A stretch of DNA of 20,000 bases from an uncultured virus (IMG/VR IMGVR_UViG_3300003322_000453) (lineage: Duplodnaviria; Heunggongvirae; Uroviricota; Caudoviricetes), in the IMG/VR virus record IMGVR_UViG_3300003322_000453; one strand, given 5' to 3'. Positions within the stretch are counted from its first letter, which is position 1, and the number at the start of each line of letters is the position of its first letter. Both the position numbers and the translations under genes were made by a program. A model generated the notes under the pieces. That model worked only from the letters and a program-made list of their open reading frames with translations, did not search any database and had not been told where the DNA came from. This document shows positions 15,601 to 20,000 of this stretch, one piece after another.

Positions 15601-16650
15601 AATTTTTGTTGTAGCTGCTAAACAATAGAAACTCGCGGTGTATTGTAAGCCTATAGGAATATCCGCTTGAAAATGATGCTGCATCCACATAGTATCGTCT
15701 ACTCGTCCGTTGATTTTAAAGCCATTAGCACGTAGGATAGGATTATCAAAATCCCATACATTATGACCAGACTTAGGATTACTGCTAGCCAATATATCTT
15801 TAGCAATATCAATAAAGCTACCAGTATAGGGCAAAGCCATACCACTATATAAGCCGGTACTAAACTGGATTTGAGTAATTGTTTGTCCGTATTCTTCAAG
15901 TTCATCTTCTTCCTCTCCTGCACTTTTTTCTGTTTCAATATCGTAGCTTACTAACAAATCAGGAGAATTCTTAACCATCTTTAAGAAAACCTCTGCTTGT
16001 TCTATAGTTGGTTCTATATCATAGTTCTCTTTTAAATCTAAATCATTCAAGGGATCAAGAATATAATCCTTACCCTCACTAAGTTTTCCCTGTGCTAGAA
16101 AAACCGCCTTTAACAAATCCGTCATCAACACACCCATTAGGTGTAGGTTCCCTCGCATTACAAAACTTGGGTGATAAGAAGGCACTACTAATATATCAGG
16201 ATACCTAGAGCTTCTAAAAACATACCCCCTTATATTGGATATGTTCATCCTAAATCCTTCCAATCCTGTTAGATGTTTAAAAGGTAACGCCCCTAGTGCT
16301 AGAATAACCTTTGGTTTAAACTTATCTACAACATGATCGAAATATTGACGACAGTGATTGATTGCACTATATTCATACCAATCATCTAGCCGGTTCGATG
16401 GGGGCTGACACGCCGTCAGGTTCCACATCGCTAGAGAGTTTCTATTAATCCTAGCTCTTTGTAAAATGCGATGCAACATCCCCCCAGCTTGTGCTTGAGG
16501 TCTAAAAGGCAATCCGTCGTTTACTTCGTTATAACCTAAGCTTTCACCAACTACTAATAATGGTAAGGAGCCTGTGCCTTCTGGGATAGAGAAACCTTTT
16601 CCGATTTCTGCTAAAGGACATCCAGTACAAGAAGTGGGCTTAGTGAGCAT
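12613..16650 (-). CDS. polA: Family A DNA polymerase with N-terminal family-4 UDG-like domain, 3'-5' exonuclease and an intein (1345-aa precursor, about 1008 aa spliced)
   Basis: UDG: CxxC, GESLG, further Cys residues, YHPS. Exonuclease: YDIETE, GHNVWDFD, YGIAD. Polymerase: SGQLSSRNPNVQN, motif A LDYRGFH, motif B KHVVHGINFG, motif C IHDSLV. Confidence 0.93.
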   Translation of the reverse strand: MLTKPTSCTGCPLAEIGKGFSIPEGTGSLPLLVVGESLGYNEVNDGLPFRPQAQAGGMLHRILQRARINRNSLAMWNLTACQPPSNRLDDWYEYSAINHCRQYFDHVVDKFKPKVILALGALPFKHLTGLEGFRMNISNIRGYVFRSSRYPDILVVPSYHPSFVMRGNLHLMGVLMTDLLKAVFLAQGKLSEGKDYILDPLNDLDLKENYDIEPTIEQAEVFLKMVKNSPDLLVSYDIETEKSAGEEEDELEEYGQTITQIQFSTGLYSGMALPYTGSFIDIAKDILASSNPKSGHNVWDFDNPILRANGFKINGRVDDTMWMQHHFQADIPIGLQYTASFYCLAATTKIPQYIGESLTIKEIVDKKLRLTIRGMDENGNIIPVHITDWHKTENKGQKWIVIRTNSHKQPIYCTPDHKIFVNDGWKLAENVIVGDKLYLSNSGNTDLIHGMILGDSYIGENNQLATLHSTTQLDYAIAKAKNFGLSEDNITIQPNGNGTSCTFYVRIPSYWRNKFYPNGVKRFVPPPSDAALAIWYCDDGSWKKFNNRKSGDGTIALAIKKQYNVDEVMQWLVNEFGNNVRLGNYKSGKQAYIGTYSRDEFFSRIAQYVPPSMYRKLPEKYRGRYNGWLDKQVPMIDFVSAVVKDYRESGVLREYNTRYCITVDHPTHRFYTEGGLVSNCFPFAWKHLSGSNLPFYGIADVTSVQYIMASLPDKMKARGMWDSYDRYVRQLKPVLEKIQVRGLPINVEKQQKFRDEIELLDERGKVIGGRSFEIREELKQYIPDSFEKLNKVEGYKRVPKEVEQAKLRYMIQEGTSNAMPSEEWIFNETGFVQRDFVLSNELSKEELELMKLGVVFNKSDARVERRWVKLLEFNPNSVDQVSDLIKYNGHEELARKLTVSLKRDYDNELGSEFSRLEIEGFKNASPKKDNVSTSKILLKKLAEKTNNKAYRLIVEFKELSKIKGTYIDGYKAIKERCGNPQCNGYYINGGDSQGIYTIKCGICSRNEYRIHTTYTFRPASGQLSSRNPNVQNYPVHSTLAKKFKECIEATEGRVLVSLDYRGFHNKMMGFLAMDSSYLRIASFDTHSFVTGHVVGFPGIELALEMTDEKLVEFLGKIKKQYKKLRDDQIKHVVHGINFGLSEEGCFKRYMEDFSPTREEILASKSFRKHPTEEQIVKLIEAAGKKKVKAVYDVVRGLFPKLFQWQARTIIEADTKGFIQSAYGARRWFFGASQVKYDKFGNTVTTKKGEQAEQALAFPVSNNAHYHMRETMLLLEEMGLNEKFRLINTIHDSLVYEPLVKDADECISEVKKVMERKSEVLKNETMPDGFFCAADSKIGKNMAEMD
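14614..15624 (-). mobile_element. Intein (337 aa) with LAGLIDADG homing endonuclease, inside the polA exonuclease domain
   Basis: Starts CLAATTK (Cys343). Block B CTPDHKIF; LAGLIDADG-like helices LIHGMILGDSY and LAIWYCDDGS. Ends HRFYTEGGLVSN followed by extein Cys+1. Confidence 0.92.
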
Positions 16651-16665
16651 ACTATAATCCTCTCT

Positions 16666-17214
16666 TTATAATTTTGTACACGGAAAAGAGCAATATTCTT
16701 TTTGATTATATTTATCTGTTTCAAAAGTGTTCTTACATCCTCTACAAATTCTAGTAATTATCCTCCTCTTTTTGTTATATTCTTTCATATACTGTTTCCT
16801 ATCTTCTCTTAAATGTCTAGCTATAGGATTCTTTGGATGATGGTGTTTTGCATGATCTGACGCCGTTTTAATCTCTAGGTTATTAATATCATTATTAATG
16901 TAATTACCATCTATATGATGCACATGTTCATAAGATTCCAATTTTCTACCAACAAAATCTTCCATCAATTTTCTTGCTCTAGCTCTGTAAGCTCTCCAAC
17001 TATCGCTTTGTTCTAATTTACTACTGGCAAGTATAGCTGCATCTCTCCTGTTCCTAATTACATCAGCACATAGTATATGTATATAGCTATGGGAATATCC
17101 CAATTTTTCCGCTATCTCTCTTGTACTTAATCCATCCTCGTATAGAGATTCTATTAAATCCTTTGGAGCTATAGATTCTGAATGCCAGCGGTTGCCATGT
17201 TTGTGTTTTGTCAT
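16666..17214 (-). CDS. Free-standing HNH homing endonuclease with N-terminal HTH and C-terminal Zn ribbon
   Basis: HTH GLSTREIAEKLGYSHSYI; HNH HVHHIDGNYINNDINNL...DHAKHH; CRGC...YCSFPC. ATG at 17214 preferred over TTG at 17220. Confidence 0.85.
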   Translation of the reverse strand: MTKHKHGNRWHSESIAPKDLIESLYEDGLSTREIAEKLGYSHSYIHILCADVIRNRRDAAILASSKLEQSDSWRAYRARARKLMEDFVGRKLESYEHVHHIDGNYINNDINNLEIKTASDHAKHHHPKNPIARHLREDRKQYMKEYNKKRRIITRICRGCKNTFETDKYNQKEYCSFPCTKL

Positions 17215-17220
17215 AAACAA

Positions 17221-17249
17221 ACAATACCAGATTTAGAATACACTGTCAA
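17221..17249 (-). promoter_or_regulatory. Near-consensus sigma70 promoter for HNH-polA, probably giving a leaderless mRNA
   Basis: On the - strand: TTGACA(17249-17244)-N17-TATTGT(17226-17221), with TGG just before the -10 box. The ATG begins 7 nt downstream and there is no SD. Confidence 0.7.
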
Positions 17250-17264
17250 CTGTATTTTGGTTTG

Positions 17265-17588
17265 TTAAGCATTTTTGGTTCTCCTTTCCTCCAACCTAGT
17301 CCAGTAATCTAAAACTCTCTTTCTCTTATTACTCATGTGCATTCCATATTCATCCTTCTCTATTATCATATCCTCATCTACCATTAAATCAATTAACACT
17401 AAAAAATCCATTATCTCTTTCATCAGACATTCATAAGCACCTTCTTTATACGTTCCCTCTTCTGGTGGTATAATAGCTTCTGTAAGATCATCATTCCAGA
17501 ATCTAAGAAGCTTGTTAGTCATTTGTGCTACTTCAGAAGCTTCTTCTCCTAGAGTTGCGATTAGGTATTGTCTATATGTTAATGGCAT
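17265..17588 (-). CDS. MazG-like all-alpha NTP pyrophosphohydrolase
   Basis: LGEEASEVAQ...K.LRF...LMKEIMDF gives the EExxE...ExxD pattern; AGGAG RBS. Confidence 0.7.
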   Translation of the reverse strand: MPLTYRQYLIATLGEEASEVAQMTNKLLRFWNDDLTEAIIPPEEGTYKEGAYECLMKEIMDFLVLIDLMVDEDMIIEKDEYGMHMSNKRKRVLDYWTRLEERRTKNA

Positions 17589-17601
17589 TTTACTTCTCCT
17601 A

Positions 17602-17727
17602 TTAATATAAAATATAATTCCACCACATAATTGCTACCTTGAGTAGTAATGGAAGTATAAATGGAGTGAATAAAACCGTTATTATAGCTGAGATTAGTAT
17701 ATTTTGAACGTGGGACAGCTTTTTCAT
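17602..17727 (-). CDS. 41-aa small membrane protein (not in ORF track)
   Basis: MKKLSHVQNILISAIITVLFTPFILPLLLKVAIMWWNYILY. ATGA overlap with the J-domain gene stop; GGAG upstream. Confidence 0.65.
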   Translation of the reverse strand: MKKLSHVQNILISAIITVLFTPFILPLLLKVAIMWWNYILY

Positions 17728-18380
17728 TTTCCATCTCCTATGAATATTTTATGTCCAGCTAATATAGTACCTTTTATATTGTCCTTAGAATCAGAAAAAT
17801 CCTCTACCCCTTTATACTCCCTCAACTTCACCAAACACTCATCCAATAATTCCTCCGCCTCTCTCATCTGTTCTAGTCTCTCTTGCATCAACCTTAGCTT
17901 CTGTTCTCTTATCATATCAAAAAGATTTTCTCCATCTACACTTGTAGAGAAAACCTTACCTTCAAAACTCTTAGCCTTGTTAACCTCACCGTTCACCAAC
18001 CTTCTATCTCTATCTATATCTCCTTTCTTTTGTAGAATCAAACTCCTAACCTTGCTTATAACATCACGTCCGTTTGGTTTAAATCCCATAAAACTATCAT
18101 AAGCAGTAGCCATGAAGTTTAACAGGCTATCTCTAACTATTAACTCTTTAGGAGTCTTAGTAGCAAATCCTGTCTTATTAAAACTTTCTTTCTTTATAGG
18201 ATCACCTAGTATGGAGTAAGCCCTATTCAACTCTATCTGCATCTCCATAGCTTTTATCTTCTCATTCTCATCTTGAAACTTATCAGGATGCCATTGTTTT
18301 GAAAGTTTATAAAAAGCTTGTTTAATTTGCTTCTGTGTTGCAGTTGTTGGGAGTCCTAGAACTTCATAAGGGTTTTTCAT
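17724..18380 (-). CDS. J-domain (class C DnaJ-like) co-chaperone
   Basis: NPYEVLGL...IKQAFYKLSKQWHPDK...LNRAYSILGDP is a complete J domain with HPD. The C-terminus is helical, without G/F-rich or Zn-finger regions. Confidence 0.9.
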   Translation of the reverse strand: MKNPYEVLGLPTTATQKQIKQAFYKLSKQWHPDKFQDENEKIKAMEMQIELNRAYSILGDPIKKESFNKTGFATKTPKELIVRDSLLNFMATAYDSFMGFKPNGRDVISKVRSLILQKKGDIDRDRRLVNGEVNKAKSFEGKVFSTSVDGENLFDMIREQKLRLMQERLEQMREAEELLDECLVKLREYKGVEDFSDSKDNIKGTILAGHKIFIGDGK

Positions 18381-18652
18381 TTCTTATTCTCCTTCTTTCT
18401 TAGTCTAAACTGTTCAATATCTCTCTTAGTTATCTTCTCATGATATTTATTTAAATAAACTCCTCCCGCATCGCTAAGATGTACTTCATAAACATCATCT
18501 TCAACGTCGTTAGGTATAAGGAAAACCCAACTATCATTAGCCTCTGAATGATCTGCCGCGAGTTCTAAACCAAATGTTTCAAAATCACAATCCTCGCAAT
18601 ACCACTTACCTCTAGGGAGCTTACCTTGATAGTTCCTTACTGCGGTAGTCAT
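18377..18652 (-). CDS. Small protein with CxxC/zinc-finger-like motif
   Basis: WYCEDCDF...ADH motif; probable ATG start at 18652 behind GAGAGG; 4-nt overlap with the J-domain gene. Confidence 0.55.
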   Translation of the reverse strand: MTTAVRNYQGKLPRGKWYCEDCDFETFGLELAADHSEANDSWVFLIPNDVEDDVYEVHLSDAGGVYLNKYHEKITKRDIEQFRLRKKENKK

Positions 18653-18714
18653 ATGTTTTCCTCTCAAAAATCTAAAGTTTACAAATAATTCTCATCTCTA
18701 ATGGTTTTCTCTGA

Positions 18715-18743
18715 TTGACTTTTATCACAATTTAGTATAGAGT
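18715..18743 (+). promoter_or_regulatory. sigma70-like promoter for the inverted secreted-protein gene
   Basis: TTGACT(18715-18720)-N17-TAGAGT(18738-18743), followed by AAGGA at 18783-18787. Confidence 0.55.
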
Positions 18744-18798
18744 ATCAACTTGGCTTTCAACCCAGCTAAAAACTCAACAGAAAAGGAACCCTGACTAA

Positions 18799-19539
18799 AT
18801 GAAAATCTCCATTGTTAAGTATATCCTCCTAACCCTAGTTTTACTTCTACTAACCTCACCACAAACCAAAGCAGCTATACAGTTTCAAGACAAAGCCACA
18901 TCCTTTGTTAATGGTTCAACTACCTTTACCGCAACGATTCCATATAATGTTACAAGCGAAGTTCTTATAGCTGTTATCAACCTAGATAATGTATCTCCAA
19001 ACTCAGCGGATCATTATAGAAACCCCACTATTACTAATAGCCCTACAGGGTGGGTTAAAATCATAGACAACAGTTTCTATGGTATAGATATTCATAGATC
19101 AGCTTGGTATAAATTAACCCCTGAGACAAATTCTACGGTTAGTTGGACTTTCGATCTTTCTGTTAAAGGAGAGATCACTATCCTTAGATACAGTGGTGTT
19201 GACCTTACAACCCCTATAACTAATTCTAGCTTCAGAAACGACTGGCAAAAGCTTAGTTCTCACCTTACAAATCCTATTAATGTAGACTTTGCAAACTCCT
19301 TAGTAGTCGGCTGTTGGTTTGCTTCTGATTTCTCATCCTCCTTCACCCTTACCTTTAACAGCAACCCCTTAGCTAACAGTAGGGAAAACATAACCGGCGA
19401 TTTGTTCCAACCCGATAGAGGGTTACTTATAGGAGATGAGATAGTAACCTCTACCGGGAGTTTTGGAGCTAAGACAGCTTATACTAATCATAATACCTTT
19501 GGACAGAGCGTTGTGCTGGTGTTGAAAGAGGCTACTTAG
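18799..19539 (+). CDS. Secreted beta-sandwich protein, moron-like and opposite in orientation to its neighbours
   Basis: Signal peptide MKISIVKYILLTLVLLLLTSPQTKA|A; segments VLIAVI...TNSPTGW...AWYK...YSGVD resemble surface/adhesin-type beta domains. 8-bp convergent overlap with thyX. Confidence 0.65.
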   Translation: MKISIVKYILLTLVLLLLTSPQTKAAIQFQDKATSFVNGSTTFTATIPYNVTSEVLIAVINLDNVSPNSADHYRNPTITNSPTGWVKIIDNSFYGIDIHRSAWYKLTPETNSTVSWTFDLSVKGEITILRYSGVDLTTPITNSSFRNDWQKLSSHLTNPINVDFANSLVVGCWFASDFSSSFTLTFNSNPLANSRENITGDLFQPDRGLLIGDEIVTSTGSFGAKTAYTNHNTFGQSVVLVLKEAT

Positions 19540-20000
19540 CCTCTTTATCAGTTGATCTAGGGCCATCAAATAACTTATAGGTCTTAGGGAATTGTTGTTT
19601 GATAATCTCCGCAACTGCGTTTGCATATTGTCTAATCTCCCATTGGGCGTTAGGAGCCATTCTAAGGGTTAGGAAGGCAAGCCAGTTGCGGAGATTTGCA
19701 CTAGCTCGCATACGGGAGTAGCGACCTACGGGGAGGATTATACGGGCTAATTCTTCCGGAATTCCATTGTCTAGCCCTACTTGATATAATGTTTGCAGTT
19801 GTTCATATACCTCTCTAACCTCTTGCTGCCAAGCTGTAATCTTAGCTAAGTCTAAGACTGTCATACCCTCTGCTTGCTTATTTCCCTTTTGTATATCAGC
19901 TATTCTAGTAGCTGTTGGGATATAGTTCAAATCTGGCAACGGCGCATATCTAGCACTCATCTCGTTATAAGATTGTGTCCGGTGACGGTGCCACTCTCTA
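19532..20000 (-). CDS. thyX: Flavin-dependent thymidylate synthase, 5'-truncated by the window edge
   Basis: Frame is open to the window end and reads REWHRHRTQSYNEMSARY (RHRx7S motif), then ELARIILP, NLRNWLAFLTLR and AQWEIR. Confidence 0.95.
   Translation of the reverse strand, partial: REWHRHRTQSYNEMSARYAPLPDLNYIPTATRIADIQKGNKQAEGMTVLDLAKITAWQQEVREVYEQLQTLYQVGLDNGIPEELARIILPVGRYSRMRASANLRNWLAFLTLRMAPNAQWEIRQYANAVAEIIKQQFPKTYKLFDGPRSTDKEAK

Noticed and set aside
12613..16650. Calling the polymerase DpoZ or a pseudogene
   Set aside because: No purZ in the window and no alignment available to support DpoZ. The intact ORF with catalytic residues argues against a pseudogene.
11881..19626. Short alternative ORFs overlapping polA, the J-domain gene or thyX (for example 12644-12859, 15699-15938, 17704-18102, 19423-19626)
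   Set aside because: They lie mostly or wholly within well-supported genes on another frame or strand, with no recognisable features.
1..20000. Stop-codon reassignment (TAG recoding)
   Set aside because: Long genes are intact under the standard code, and TAG ends several genes at sensible positions (polA, thyX, 10978, 11292).
1..20000. tRNA, rRNA, CRISPR array, integrase or IS element
   Set aside because: Intergenic gaps are all under about 150 bp and show no such structures, and no ORF has recombinase or transposase motifs.

Overview
This window is a segment of an AT-rich tailed-phage (or prophage) genome with two converging arms. The + strand (1-11708) is a late module. It holds fibre/decoration-like proteins (two with Sec-type signal peptides), a GNAT-like gene and three podovirus-style ejection proteins, the last a 1725-aa polyvalent protein with M15-peptidase and HExxH domains. 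It ends with membrane/holin-like genes and a stand-alone FixL-like PAS protein. The - strand (11723-20000) is a replication and nucleotide-metabolism module: thyX, a J-domain protein, a MazG-like protein, a free-standing HNH endonuclease, a UDG-fused, intein-containing family A DNA polymerase and several small ORFs. One secreted-protein gene with its own promoter sits in the opposite orientation inside this arm. The most notable observations are three. (1) The polymerase keeps its catalytic Asp residues but has coordinated replacements of nearly all sugar- and minor-groove-reading residues (E. coli PolI equivalents R668Q, E710H, F762H, Y766F, N845A, Q849S). (2) A stand-alone, possibly heme-binding PAS gene overlaps the holin-like gene. 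(3) Some proteins in the virion module carry signal peptides. All assignments come from motif recognition by eye, with no database searches.
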